DNA from: Mobula hypostoma
Lineage: Eukaryota
Assembly: GCF_963921235.1 (NCBI RefSeq)
Contig: NC_086097.1
Span: 71,798,001 to 71,862,000 of the forward strand
Length of the DNA: 64,000 nucleotides
Direction: 5' to 3'
Position 1 is the first letter of the stretch. Each line of letters starts with the position of its first letter. The position numbers and the translations under genes are program-made. This document shows, piece after piece, positions 14,991-27,783 of the stretch. The notes under the pieces were generated by a model. That model saw only the letters and a program-made list of their open reading frames with translations, made no database searches and was not told the DNA's origin.

Positions 14991-15673
14991 ATCTATCCAG
15001 CTATTATTCAATCAGTTGTCGGTAATGATTTAGTACAACTTCTTTGACTTTTTTTGCTGTCTGCATTATTTCTAGAGCCCAGAGGTTGTCTTACTACACT
15101 GATCAACTTGAGCTGCAGCTTTGCAATATTTCTATATCTGATCTTCTGAGGTCTCTCTATTCCAGCAAACCTTCAAAAGACAGTTTTATAAAGGACCACT
15201 GCCAGCTTACTTCAGCCTGATAACATCCTAAGACAGAGCAGGGCATTTGTCACAATGCATGAAAGGCCATCTGCGTGTAACCTATTAAAGTAATGAAATG
15301 GCTTTTGCAGCTCATTTCAGGATTAGTACTGAAGCATTGAAATAATCGTTAAGTCCATTTGATATCTAGGAAGGGAATCCAAGCTCCATATATTTCAATT
15401 TACTAGTACTGTAAGAATTGTCTTTTTCTCATAAGAGACATCTGGGCACAAAAAGAAACTATTCTATTTTTTTTTTGGCCTTCCTTTGCAGTATGTTTCT
15501 GCATCTTACTAAGCAATTCCACAAAGATTCCACAAAAAATACTGGGAGAGCAGTCAAACCTGGAAAAGTCATTTTTCTAATTTAGATAACAATGCAGCCA
15601 GTGTCAGTAAACTTCACATTCGTATACTTAACTATCTTATGCCAATATATCTTAAACTTCCATCAGTAATTCA

Positions 15674-16494
15674 AAGGTTTCAAAGGTTCCAAAGATACAT
15701 TTTATGTTCGGGAAATGTATACAATATATATCCTGAGATGCTTTTTCTTTGCAATCATCCGCAAAAACAGAGGAGTGTTCCAAAGTGAATGACAGTTAAA
15801 TGTTAGAACGCCAAAGTCCCCCCCCAGCTCCCCTCCCTCCCATGCATGTGGCAGCAAGCAACAATCCCTCCTCCCCCCACCAGCAAAAGAAATGCATCTG
15901 CACCCGCCACTGAGCACTCCAGCGTGAGGAAAGCAACAGCAAAGACACAGACTTGCAGTTACCCCAAAGACTGTTTGTTCACCTGGTATTCGACATACAT
16001 CAGGTTCGCTCTCTCCCTAATAAGGGAGAAAGAGATGTCTCCATTTCACAGCAAGAGGGGAGACACAACAAATAACCCACTAGTTTACGATGTTAGAAGT
16101 CGGTTGCGTCACTTTTTCTGAGTTTGTGCCCAAAGATCTCGGGTCTCTGGGCACATAGCCAGAGACCTTCTATCTCCAACGACACACCGATCTCCTGCAG
16201 AGGCACTGACCTCTGATCACCCCGTCTCCAGGGCGATGAAATCTCGGTCCTCCGAAGGCAAGTGAAGCTCTTAGGCTAAGCCCTTGGCGTGACAAAGAAC
16301 AGCCGTTCTTGAAACCTCGAGACAGTGGGTCCCGTTCCCGCAAAGAACAGTAGTCAGCGTGTAACTCCAGGTCAGGGTCTTCAAAAGAACCCTGAAAGGG
16401 AAAAATAGAGATATTAAAGATGGAAGTAGAGCTGTTTCTGAAGATGCAAGCAAAGCAGTTGTCGTTAGGCGCCTTTAATCCTAAGCTCCTCCAT
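15674..16494 (-). mobile_element. Unclassified short non-autonomous retroposon
   Basis: TAATTCA at both flanks (15667-15673, 16495-16501); minus-strand 3' end with (ACCTTTGAA)-like tail; GC-richer non-coding body. Confidence 0.5.
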
Positions 16495-16925
16495 TAATTC
16501 ACCTAAGCTCCTTGGGTTCCACGAATGGGCGTTGAGCACCTTTTGAATGTGTTCATTAGCAGTTCAAAGTTCAAAATAAATTTATTATCAAAGTATGTAT
16601 ACAAGCTATATACAAGCCTTAGATTCATTTTATTGTGGCTATTCATAGTAAATACAAAGAAACAATAGAATCAATGAGAAACCACACACAAAATGGACAA
16701 ACAACCAATGTGCAAAGTAAGCAAATAAAAAATAAAAAAAAGATAATAATAATAATAATAATAAAATAAATAATAAATATCAAGAACATGAGATGAAGAG
16801 TCCTTGAAAGTGAGTCCATAGGCTGTAGGAAAAGTTCAGTGTTGGGGTGAGTGAAGTTGAGTGAAATTATCTCCACTGGTTCAAGAGCCTGAAGGTTGAG
16901 GGGTAATAACTGTTCTTAAACCTAG

Positions 16926-18648
16926 TGATGAAATGCTTAGAGAGGTTGGTTATGGCTAGAATGAATTCTTGCTTCAGCAAGGACCTGGATCTACTGCATT
17001 TTGCCTATTGCCACAGTAGGTCTATGGCAGACACAATCACAATGGTTCTTTACATGGCCTTAGATCACCTGGACAATATAAACACATGTCTGGATACTGT
17101 TCGTTGACTATAGCTCATGTTTAACATGATCTGTACAGATCGAAAAGCTACAGAACTTGGGCCTCTGTACCTCCCTCTATAATTGGATCCACGACGTCCT
17201 AACTGGAAGACCGCAATCTGTGCAGATTGGTGATACTATCTTCTCCTCGCTGATGATCAAAACTGGCTCACCCCAGGGGAGTGTGCTTAGTCCACTGCCC
17301 TACTTGCTCTATACCCATTACTATGTGGCAAAGTATAGCTCTAATATTACCTATACATTTTCTGATGATACGACCATTGTTGGTAGAATCTCAGATGGAG
17401 ATGAGAGGGCGTACAGGAGTGAGATATACCAGCTAGTGGAGTGGTGTCGCAGCAATAACCTTGCACTCAACCTTGCAACCTTTCATAAGATGAAAGAGCT
17501 GATTGTGGACTTCAGGAGGGGTAATATGAGGGAACACGAACTAATCCTCATAGAGAGATCAGAAGTGGAGAGAGTGAGCAAATTCAAGTTCCTGGGTGTT
17601 AAGATCTCTAAGTATCTAACCTGGTCCAAACATATTGATGCAGTTATAAAGAAGGCAATACAGTGGCTATATTTCTTTAGGAGTTTGAAGAGATTTGGTT
17701 TGTCAGCTGAAACACTTGAAAACTTCTATAGATGTAACGTGGAGGGCATTCTGACAGGCTGCATCACTGTTTGGTAAAGGTGGGGGTGGGATGGTGGTCT
17801 ATTGCACAGGACCATAAGAAGCTATAGAAAGTTGTAAATTAGTCATCTCCCTCTTGGGTACGAGCCACCGTAGTATCCAACAGATCTTCAAGTAGTGGTG
17901 CCTCAGGAAGGTGATGGCCGTTATTAAGGACTCCCATCACCCAAGGCATGCTCTCATTTCATTGTTACCATCAGGAAGGAGATACAGAAGTCTAAATGCA
18001 CACTCTCACCACATTCAGAAACAGCCTTTTCCCCTCCGCCATACAATTCCTAAAGGGACATTGAACTCATGAACACCATCTCATTTTAAAAAAATATATA
18101 CATATTTCTGTTTTTGCACTGTTTTAATCTATTCAATGTACATATATATAGATAGATAGATAGATAAATACTTTATTGATCCCAAAAGAAATTACAGTGT
18201 CACGGTATCACTACAAGTGCACAGATAGACAAACATTAGAAGAGACGAAAAAATAAAAGTAAGCTGTACAAGAATTACAAGTCAATAATTAAAAAATTTA
18301 CAAGGGTTCCAAGTTCACACTGATAAGATGGTAGTGCAAGAATTATCATAATATCTTACGGTAATGGGTGCTTATTTACACCGTCCAGATAAGAAATGAT
18401 ACTAGTATTGTACAGTATTACATAGGGTGTGGTAAACAGAGCTAAACGGAGCTTAATCAGAGCTCTGGTAAACAGAGTTTAATAATGGGGGGGGGGGGGT
18501 CATAACTTCCCAGCCATAATTGATTTACTTATTTAATTATTTTCTTTATTTTGTTTTTTCTTTCTATATTTATCATGCACTACTGCTGCTAAGTTAACAA
18601 ATTTCATGACACATGCCGGTGATAATAAACCTGATTCTGATTTTGATG
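16926..18648 (+). mobile_element. Rex1/Babar-like LINE RT fragment
   Basis: [41 protein letters not shown] (17157-17777); AATAAACCTGATTCTGATT tail. Another LINE 3' end with a (GATA)n tail sits at ~18148-18520. Confidence 0.85.
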
Positions 18649-18677
18649 TGGGTCCAAAGGCCCCTTTACTTCTCCTT

Positions 18678-19048
18678 ACTTATACTTTATACTTTATACT
18701 TTATTATTGCCAAACAATTGATACCAGAACGTACAATCATCACAGTGATATTTGATTCTGCACTTCCTGCTCCTTGGATTAATATTAAATATTAAAAATA
18801 GTAAAAATTAGTAAATATTAAAAATTTAAATTATAAATAATAAATAGAAAATAGAAAAATGGAAAGTAAGGTAGTGCAAACAGTCTTATCACAGTTGGAA
18901 AGAAGCCGTTCCCAGATCTGGCCATACAAGTCTTCAAGCTCCTGAGCCTTCTCCCAGAGGGAAAAGGGACGAAAAGTGTGTTGGTTGGGTGGGTCATGTC
19001 CTTGATTATCCTGGCAGCACTGCTCCGACAGCGTGCGGTGTAAAGTGA
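18678..19048 (-). mobile_element. LINE 3' fragment (Rex-like)
   Basis: RCRSSAARIIKDMTHP..PSGRRLRS..GFFP on minus; (TATAAAG)n tail at ~18678-18703. Confidence 0.6.
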
Positions 19049-19180
19049 GATGGCAGCAGCAAGAAGGGAGCATGGCCTGGAATCCTGGATGATGGATGCT
19101 GCTTTCCTGCATCCACACTTCTTGTAGATGTACTCAATGATGGAGAGGGCTTTACCTGTGATGGACTGGACTGTACCCAT

Positions 19181-19313
19181 TGTAATGTATTGTGTGAGTA
19201 TTCGTAGTGTCAGAGTGCGTATGATGTCAGGACATTGAGAAGTAAAATGGAAGTCTGGTGAATAAACATTGATGTTCAATCTACAGCGGTGTCCGAGTCA
19301 CATCAATATTACA
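19181..19313 (+). repeat. 5' LTR of Gypsy element 1
   Basis: TGTAATG...ATTACA, AATAAA at 19261; direct repeat of 24404-24537. Confidence 0.95.
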
Positions 19314-19825
19314 TGATGTCAATAAACCGGTGATGATGTCTGTGGATGCCAGTTCGGAGAGAATAGGAACTGTTATACTGCAGGATGGGAGGCCTGTGGC
19401 GTATGGATCACGAGCACTTATGGACTGTCAACGCCAATATGCTCAAATCGAGAAGGAATTACTCGCCATAGTTTTTGGGTGTGAGAAGTTCCACGAAAAT
19501 GTATATGGCAAAGAAATCCAGGTTGAGAGTGATCACAAACCTCTTGAGAGCATCTTCAAAAAGCCACTCCATCAAGCTCCTATGAGGTTGCAAAGGATGC
19601 TTCTCAGGCTACACTCTCACGGTCACCTATAAGCCAGGAAAAGAACTGTACTTCGCTGATGCTTTGAGCCGTGCTTACCTCAAAGAGCAAAAGGAAGAGT
19701 TGCTAGGAAGAGAGCTGGACGTCAACTGGGTTACACTTCAGCTACCCATCTCTGAGGAGAAGTTGAACATGTTTAGGAAAGTGACTGCAGATGATCCTGA
19801 AATGCAAATGCTATGAGACATTACA
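19314..19825 (+). pseudogene. Gypsy RNase H domain (frameshifted)
   Basis: DVNKPV..SVDAS..G.VILQDGRPVAYGSR..YAQIEKELLAIVFGCEKFH..ESDHKPL; after a frameshift, YKPGKELYFADALSR. Confidence 0.9.
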
Positions 19826-21070
19826 ATGAATGGATGGCCAACAGAAAGAAAAATTGTTCCAAAGGAAATGCAGAAATACTGGACATTTAAAGAGGAAATC
19901 AGCTATGCATCAGCACTAATGTTCAAAATGGCAAAACACATCGTACCAAACCAAATGAGACAGGAAATGCTCAACAGAATTCATGAGTCACACCTGGGCA
20001 TAGTGAAATGTAAAGAAAGAGCAAGGGACATTCTCTATTGGCCAGGCATGTCAACTCAGATAGAAGACATTGTGTCTCAGTGTGCTGTCTGTAATGATAA
20101 CAAAAACAGCAATCCAAGAGAGCCTCTGCTTTCCCACCCACTACCAGGAAGACCATGGGAGAAGGTTGGCACAGATCTCTTTCACTACAATGGTACAGAA
20201 TATCTGCTTTGTGTGGTTTACTATTCGAAATATCCGGAGATCACCAAGTTAAGTGACATGTCCAGTCGAGGTGTCATTACTGCGATGAAGTTGACATTTG
20301 CAAGACATGGTACTCCAGATACTGTCGTCAGTGACAATGGTCCACAATATGCCAGTGGTGAGTTCAGAGAGTTCTTAGAAAGCTGGGAATTTCAACATGT
20401 TACTTCCAGTCCAGGGCACGCTCAGTCTAATGGACAAGCAGACAGAACTGTACAAACTGTCAAGAACATGCTCAAGAAGGCACAAAGCAGTGACAGTGAC
20501 CCTTACATTGCTCTGCTTGAATACCGCAACACACCGACTGAGGGTGTGGGGTTCTCTCCTGCGCAGCTGTTGATGGGACGTTGTCTGAAGTCCAAACTGC
20601 CAACATCCACAACTCTACTGACTCCTGAAGGTAATGCTCAAGTACATGACAAGCAAAAGTACAAGCAGATAAAGCAAAAGAGCTACTATGACAGACATAC
20701 AAGACAGTTGCCAGATCTGCATACAGGTGAAAATGTCAGAATACAGAGAGGAGACACTTGGCAATCAGCTGTGGTTGTGAGCAGACATCAGCAACCAAGA
20801 TCCTTCATAGTTTATATGCCGGATGGAAGAGAATGCAGGAGGAACAGGAAGCATCTGCTGAAGACAAGCGAGAGGGAGTTTCCACGTACAGATGCACAGG
20901 ACGTTTTCACATATACAGACATGGAAACAAATGACACCAAGAGTGATTCAGACCCCAAAGACACAGAGGTCACTGGAGAGACTGACACGGATGAAGGTCA
21001 AGCACAGTCACAGTTGTATCACACACGGTCTGGGAGACAAGTCAAACTTCCAGCTAGATACAGAGACTAG
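19826..21070 (+). CDS. Gypsy integrase open segment (414 aa)
   Basis: HHCC (HESHLG..CAVC), GTDLF, VSDNGPQY, SNGQADR (catalytic E reads D), YYDR, RRNR, TRSGRQVKLP C-terminus. Confidence 0.9.
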   Translation: MNGWPTERKIVPKEMQKYWTFKEEISYASALMFKMAKHIVPNQMRQEMLNRIHESHLGIVKCKERARDILYWPGMSTQIEDIVSQCAVCNDNKNSNPREPLLSHPLPGRPWEKVGTDLFHYNGTEYLLCVVYYSKYPEITKLSDMSSRGVITAMKLTFARHGTPDTVVSDNGPQYASGEFREFLESWEFQHVTSSPGHAQSNGQADRTVQTVKNMLKKAQSSDSDPYIALLEYRNTPTEGVGFSPAQLLMGRCLKSKLPTSTTLLTPEGNAQVHDKQKYKQIKQKSYYDRHTRQLPDLHTGENVRIQRGDTWQSAVVVSRHQQPRSFIVYMPDGRECRRNRKHLLKTSEREFPRTDAQDVFTYTDMETNDTKSDSDPKDTEVTGETDTDEGQAQSQLYHTRSGRQVKLPARYRD

Positions 21071-21190
21071 ACATACATACAGTCTCACACAGTTTGAGGC
21101 AAGGCTACGCATGTTATAAGTTCCAGGGTGTGAAATAAAAGGTTTATTAGTCTATGTTAGTAAAAGAAAATACACTGCTGTTAGTATTAT

Positions 21191-24100
21191 TAGTAAGCCG
21201 CCCGTTTAGTGAATAGAGCAGTGGACATCCCGGCTGAAATCTGGAGAAAAACACACAGAGCATGCACAGGGGGATCAAAAAGGCGAGGGAAGAGGACCGG
21301 GTCGAGACAACAGAGGCTTGTGGAGAAGAGAAGTTATAAGCCATGTCTCTTCTCTCTCATCATGGGAAATGTGAGGTCGCTGGGGAATAAAATGGACGAA
21401 CTGACGGCGCTTGTCAGGAGTCAGAGAACATTTCCGGAAAGCAGTGTCATGCGCTTTACTGAGATGTGGCTGCATGAGGACATACCCAATCAAAGTGTTT
21501 CCATAGAGGGCTTCCAGACCGTGCGAGCTGACCGGAATTGCACTGAGAGTGGTAAGCGTAAAGGAGGAGAGCTGGCGGTTCTGGTAAATAACAGATGATG
21601 CAATCCTGGGCATATTACGATCAAGGAACGTGTCTGTAGCCCAGATATTGAACTTTTTGCTTTTGGACTCCGGCCATATTATTTGCCAAGGGAAATCTCG
21701 CAAGCAATTGTGGTTGTTGCGTACATCCCTCCCTCTGCCAACCCGACGTTGGCATGTAACATCATTTACACCGTCATAGCCAGATTACAAACCCAGCACA
21801 CGAGTGCTCTCATTACCATCTCGGGTGACTTCAACCAGGTTACCATGGCTAGAACACTGCCCAACTTCACGCAGTATGTGAGCTGTACAACCAGAGGGGA
21901 GAGGACTCTGGATTTGATGTACACTAATGTTAAGGATGCATACAGCTCCTCTCCCCTCCCCCCACTGGGAAGGTCAGATCACAACCTGGTGCATCTAAAA
22001 CCCTGCTATGTGCCTCTGGTGAAGAGTAAACCTGCAACCTCGAGGACAGTGAGAAAATGGTCGGAGGAGGCTTATGAGGCGCTCCAAGGTTGTTTTGAGG
22101 TGACAGACTGGCAGGTACTCTGTGAGCCACATGGAGAGGATATTGATGGGCTCACAGAATGCATCACTGATTACATCAACTTCTGTGTGGACTGCAATGT
22201 TCTGACAAGAACTGTCCTTTGTTATTCAAATAACAAGCCATGGGTGACAAAGGACATTAAGGACATTCTGAATGCTAAAAAGAGGGCGTTTAGAGATGGA
22301 AATAGGGAGGAGCTGAGGGCAATACAGAGGGACCTGAAAGCCAGGATCTGGGAGGCTAAAGACAGGTACAGGAGGAAGTTTGAGTGGAAACTCCAGCAGA
22401 ACAACATGAGGTCTGGAGGGGGATGAGGACCGTCACTGGGTTCCGGCAAACTAGCAACAGAGGAGATGAAGACAGTGTGGACGGGGCCAATGAACTTAAC
22501 CTGTTCTTTAACAGATTTGACAGTGTGGCCCCTGCCCATCCCCCACATGAGCCATCTGTTGTCGGCCCCCAACCAACACATATTCCACTCTCCCCTCCTA
22601 CCCCTCCTCACAGTCCCCCACCCTGCTCTCATGACTATACCCCTTCTCCACTCGAAATCACCACAGTGGGCTTCACAGCTGAACAGGTGAGAAGCCAGCT
22701 GAAATGTCTCAACCCAAGCAAGGCTGCAGGACTAGATGGTGTCAGTACCAGGGTGCTCAAAGCCTGTGCCCCTCAGCTATGTGGAGTACTTCACCATGTA
22801 TTCAACCTGAGCCTGAGGCTCCGGAGGGTTCCTGTACTGTGGAAGATGTCCTGCCTCGTCCCTGTGCCGAAGACGCCACACCCCAGCGGCCTCAATGACT
22901 ACAGACCAGTGACATTGACCTCCCACGTCATGAAGACTCTGGAGAGACTTGTTCTGAAGCTGCTCCGGCCTATGGTCAGGCCACACTTAGACCCCCTTCA
23001 GTTCGCCCACCAGCCCCAACTAAGAGTTGAGGATGCCATCGTTTTCCTGCTGAACCATGTCCACACCCACCTGGACAAGCCAGCGAGCACTTTGAGGGTC
23101 ATGTTTTTTGACTTCTCCAGTGCGTTCAACACCAACCGCCCTGCTCTGTTGGGGGAGAAGCTGACAGCGATGCAGGTGGATGCTCCCCTGGTATCATGGA
23201 TTGTTGACTACCTGACTGGCAGACCACAGTACGTGTGCTTGCAAAACTGTGTGTCCGACAGAGTGATCAACAGCACTGGGGCTCCACAGGGGACTGTCTT
23301 GTCTCCCTTTCTCTTCACCATTTACACCTCGGACTTCAACTACTGCACAGAGACGTGTCATCTTCAGAAGTTTTCAGATGACTCTGCCATAGTTGGATGC
23401 ATCAGCAAGGGAGATGAGGCTGAGTACAGGGCTATGGTAGGAAACATTGTCACATGGTGTGAGCAGAATTATCTGCAGCTTAATGTGAAAAAGACTAAGG
23501 AGCTGGTGGTAGACCTGAGGAGAGCTAAGGTACCGGTGACCCCTGTTTCCATCCAGGGGGTCAGTGTGGACATGGTGGAGGATTACAAATACCTGGGGAT
23601 ATGAATTGGCAATGAACTGGACTGGCCAACTAACACTGAGGCTGTCTACAAGAAGGGTCAAAGCCATCTCTATTTCCTGAGGAGACTGAGGTCCTTTAAG
23701 ATCTGCCGGACAATGCGAGGATGTTCTACGAGTCTGTGGTGGCCAGTGCGATCATGTTTGCTGTTGTGTGCTGGGGCAGCAGGCTAAGGGTAGCAGACAC
23801 CAACAGAATCAACAAACTCGTTCGTAAGGCCAGTGATGTTGTGGGGATGGAACTGGACTCTCTGACGGTGGTGTCTGAAAAGAGGATGCTGTCTAAGTTG
23901 CATGCCATCTTGGTCAATGTCTCCCATCCACTACATAATGTACTGGGTGGGCGCAGGAGTACATTCAGCCAGATACTCATTCCACCGAGATGCAGCACTG
24001 AGCGTCATAGGAAGTCATTCCTGCCTGTGGCCATCAAACTTTACAACTCCTCCCTTGGGGGGGGGGGGGAGGTCAGACACCCTGAGCCGATAGGCTGGTC

Positions 24101-24247
24101 CTGGATTTATTTCATAATTTACTGGCATAATTTACATATTACTACTTAACTATTTATGGTCCTATTACTATTTATTATTTATGGTACAACTGTAACGAAA
24201 ATCAATTTCCCCCGGGATCAATAAAGTATGACTATGACTATGACTAC
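21191..24247 (+). mobile_element. Rex1/Babar-like LINE, 5'-truncated, with most of EN+RT, inserted in the Gypsy 3' UTR
   Basis: APE endonuclease motifs GNVRSL, EMWL, YIPP, GDFN, LDLMY, SDH; RT motifs DYRPVTLTS, DFSSAFNT, GAPQG, FSDD, YKYLG; AATAAA plus (TGACTA)n tail; probable TSD TATTAT (21185-21190, 24248-24253). Few stops or frameshifts. Confidence 0.95.
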
Positions 24248-24403
24248 TATTATAAGATACAATGCAGAATACAGTACAAGAAGGTAAGATTTTTTAGTTT
24301 ATGTCATGGTATGGTTGTTGCATTCTAAGAAGGGCATACCTAGAGGCATTGTTTTGGTAATTCACAGTGTTGTAAAAAGAAAAAAAAATCTTGAGAAGGG
24401 GGA

Positions 24404-24537
24404 TGTAATGTATTGTGTGAGTATTTGTAGCATCAGAGTGTGTATGATGTCAGGACGTAAAAGAAGTAAAATGGAAGTCTGGTGAATAAATGTGGTTGTT
24501 CAATCTACAGCGGTGTCCAAGTCACATCAATATCACA
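24404..24537 (+). repeat. 3' LTR of Gypsy element 1
   Basis: Preceded by the PPT and followed by TSD CCCAT. Confidence 0.95.
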
Positions 24538-24724
24538 CCCATTACCGTCTGTTGGCTTTTCTATTCAACAGCATTGATGTTTCCATACCAGCACCTGATG
24601 CAACCAGTCAGTATACAGTGCTCTCTACCACACACCTATAGAAGCTTGTCAAAGTTTTAGATGACATGCAGAATCTTTGCAAACTTCAAAGAAAGTAGAG
24701 GTGCTGCCATGCTTCTTAGTAATG

Positions 24725-24725
<1 letters not shown>

Positions 24726-24763
<38 letters not shown>
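24726..24763. repeat. (CA)n microsatellite
   Basis: Pure CA run. Confidence 0.95.
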
Positions 24764-24764
<1 letters not shown>

Positions 24765-25321
24765 TTAATTCTGGTTCTCATTCTGAACCTGAATAGAATA
24801 AAAGGAAAAGTAAATCTCCACCTCTGATTATCCGGAAATCCCAGTGGTTCTGCATGTGGCTAAACTAAAGCTGATTCCCATGCTCTCCTTCATTCACTGT
24901 TGTCCTGCCTCTGTGCACCCCTTCACTCCCTTAATTCTCACTGTATCCCATGGTCAATTGAATTTCCGCTGGTTCTGTTTCCCATGCTCTCTTTAAACCT
25001 AACTAATTCACTGGAAAATATATTATTTTACTGTGTATTTTTAAAATTCTATTAAGAGTGTGTTAGTACAAAGTACAAAGTAAATTTATTTTGTACATCT
25101 GGAAGCTTATTGCCACAGAAAATGCTCTCTTACAACCTTAGGTTAGAAATCTGTTGACCAGGTCTATTTTCCTGCTCTGCTTTTGCTGTCATTCAGTTGT
25201 AGTTGACGGGATAGTATGTATGAAAAGGGCAACTTAAGAACATTCATCAGATCATAATGTGTGAATTATACCATTTAACCTCTTCACCATTGTACTTAGC
25301 CTCCCTGTAATGACTGAAGCA

Positions 25322-25545
25322 TACACTCAATGGCCACTTATTGGATATCTCCTGTGCTTAGTAAAGTGCCCACTGAGTTTATGTTCGTGGTCTAATGCTG
25401 CTGTAGCTCATCCACTTCAGGGTTTGGCGTGTTCTGTGTTCAGCGATGCTCTTCTACACACCACTGTTGGTAATTCGAGTTACAGTATGAAGCTTTTGTA
25501 CCAGCTTGAACACTATTCTCTTCTGACCACTCTCATTAACAAAGC
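25322..25545. mobile_element. Tc1-like DNA transposon end remnant
   Basis: TA followed by CACTCAATGGCCACTT, resembling a Tc1-type TIR start, with a short inverted copy AAGTGCCCACTGAGT nearby. No second end found. Confidence 0.4.
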
Positions 25546-25999
25546 TGGTTGTCATTGGCATGAGAATTTGGAGTTGATCAAATCAAGGCTGAGAATAGAA
25601 GGAAATATTCTATTCTATTTTAAATGCTCCACTTAGCTTTTGTCAGGCAGTGACGGCCTGTTAATTTACATAATGTATGGAAGGGAAACATGTGGCAGTG
25701 TTTGGCACAAACTACAATTGCTCAAAGTATTAGGGAAATAAAACTACCCATGAGAAATCTCATTTCACTGAGCTGATTATGAGCCTGTGGCTTTTTAAAC
25801 TGAGGACATCGTTCTTAAGCTATTTGTAGGAACACCGCGGTATTTACTTTCCAACAATTTGAAATATATTTGACAAAGTAAAAAAGCACCATAAACTTTT
25901 GCAATAATAGGATTCATTCCCACTAAAACATATGTGATTTTCAATTGTTTCCTCTATGTTTGTTCTTTCAAAAACTGATGGTCAGCGGTGAAAGACTGA

Positions 26000-26880
26000 A
26001 AGATCTCAGAAGGCACTGATGAGGCATATAGGAGTGAGGTAGTTTGGATGGTTAAGTGGTGTTACAATAACAACTTTTCAATCAATGCCAGTAAGATGAA
26101 GGAATTGATTGTGGACCTCAGGAAGAGGAAAATGGGAGAACACACACCAGTCCGTATTGAGGAATCAGCAGCGGAAATGCTGAGCAATCTCAAGTTCCTG
26201 AGCATCACAATGTCTCCGAGGATCTATCCTGGGCCTAACACATTGATGAAATCACCAAGAAGGCACATCAGCAGCTATACTTCATTGTCAGTTTGAGGCG
26301 ATTCGGTATGTCACCAAAGACTGGAACATTTCTATAGGTGTACAGTAGAGAGCATTCTGATTGGTTGCATCACTGTCTTTTGAATGGAGGCTGCAATGAG
26401 CAGGATGGAAGGAGGTTGTAAAGCAGGGGATTGCCATGGACACCAATCATTCATTGAGCGGTCCGTGGACTCCAGGTTGAGAACCCCTGCTGTTGAGGGT
26501 TGTAAACATAGCCAGTTCCATCATGGTACAAGCATCTTTACCATCAAAGATATCTTCAAAAGATGGTGCCTCACGACCCTTTTAACTCCATCATTAAAGA
26601 CCCTCACCATCAGGGACATGCCAGCTTCTCATTATTACCACCAGGGAGGAGGTACAGGAGTCTGAAGACCTACACTCAATATTTTAGGACCAGCTTCTTC
26701 CCTTCTGACATCAGGTTTCTGAATGGACCAGGAGTTCATGAATACTCCCTCACTATTCCTCTTCTGCACTTTCACTTTATTTAGTGTAACTTACAGAAAT
26801 TTTGATGTCTTCCATAACACTGCTGCCACAAAACAACAAGTTTCACAGCAAAGGTGTTAATAAACTAGATTCTGATTTTG
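26000..26880 (+). mobile_element. Rex1/Babar-like LINE 3' fragment
   Basis: WCYNNNFSINASKMKELIVDLRK; SIIKDPHHQGH..GRRYRSLK..SFFP; AATAAA plus TTCTGA tail. Confidence 0.8.
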
Positions 26881-27585
26881 AAGACTGAAAGAATTAGGCC
26901 ATGAATTTTGTCAGACCTCTTGATATCCAAAATCCATCTGCTACAATATTCAGTTTGAACGAGGTTGCTTGCATTCTGCGCTGTTGTATCAATCACTCAC
27001 AATTTCTGAAGAATCTCCATCATTATTTTTTCTACTTTTTAAATTCTGTTTCTAATTCTACATCCAAATGGCTAAATCATAAACTATTTTTGACTGAAAC
27101 TCCATCTCTGTATCTAGCCTTAAAAATACATCTGTCTCTGTTTTAAGAAGTGCCTTACTAGGATGTAGCAAGTCATCCTGATATATATTTCACACACTTG
27201 TGACAAGCTGCTTTCTCTTGGTATAAAGTAAAATCAAGTGACATAGGCAGTAACAGGGCCTCAATTCCAGATGAGCTCAATGCCTTCTATGCTCACTTTG
27301 ACTATCAAAACATGGCGGAGCTGTCACAAACTCCCACAGCCCCTGATGATTCTATGATTTCACTCTCTGAGATTGATGTGCGAGCAGCCTTCAGGAGGGT
27401 GAATCCACAAAAGGCATTCGGCCCAGACAGGGTACCTGACCAAGTACAAAAGACCTGCACTGATCAACAGGCTGGAGTGTTCATCTATCTGACATACTCA
27501 CCTGCTTCAAGGCTTCAATTATATTGGTGGTTAAGAAGAACATGGTAACTTGCCTCATTGACAATCACCCAGTAGCACTTACATC

Positions 27586-27783
27586 TGTTATCTTACTTCT
27601 ATTTAATCATCCCATGGCTTAACAACAAAGAATGATATTCTGGAGAATTAGAGAACTTTTATTTACAGAAATAAACAAACACATCTTAATCCCACCACAT
27701 GCTGATATATTCTGGCAAACGCCACGTATGCTCAGTGTTGTCCAGTTAGGTACTGGCACATCATTGCATGTGATATCACCACA
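27586..27783 (-). repeat. 3' LTR of Gypsy element 2
   Basis: Direct repeat of 29839-30037; adjacent PPT at 27784-27796. Confidence 0.95.

Larger units (their letters stand above)
19181..24537 (+). mobile_element. Ty3/Gypsy LTR retrotransposon, internally deleted (RNase H and integrase only), containing a LINE insertion
   Basis: TG..CA LTRs at 19181-19313 and 24404-24537 (~90% identical), 5-bp TSD CCCAT (19176-19180, 24538-24542), PPT GAGAAGGGGGA (24393-24403), RH-before-IN order. Confidence 0.95.
16563..24725 (-). mobile_element. Decayed Rex1/Babar-like LINE 3' part, split by several nested insertions
   Basis: Pieces at 16563-16925, ~18649-18677, ~19049-19180 and 24538-24725 join collinearly with the related copy at ~10430-11020; (TTTGAAC)n tail at ~16563. 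Confidence 0.7.
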
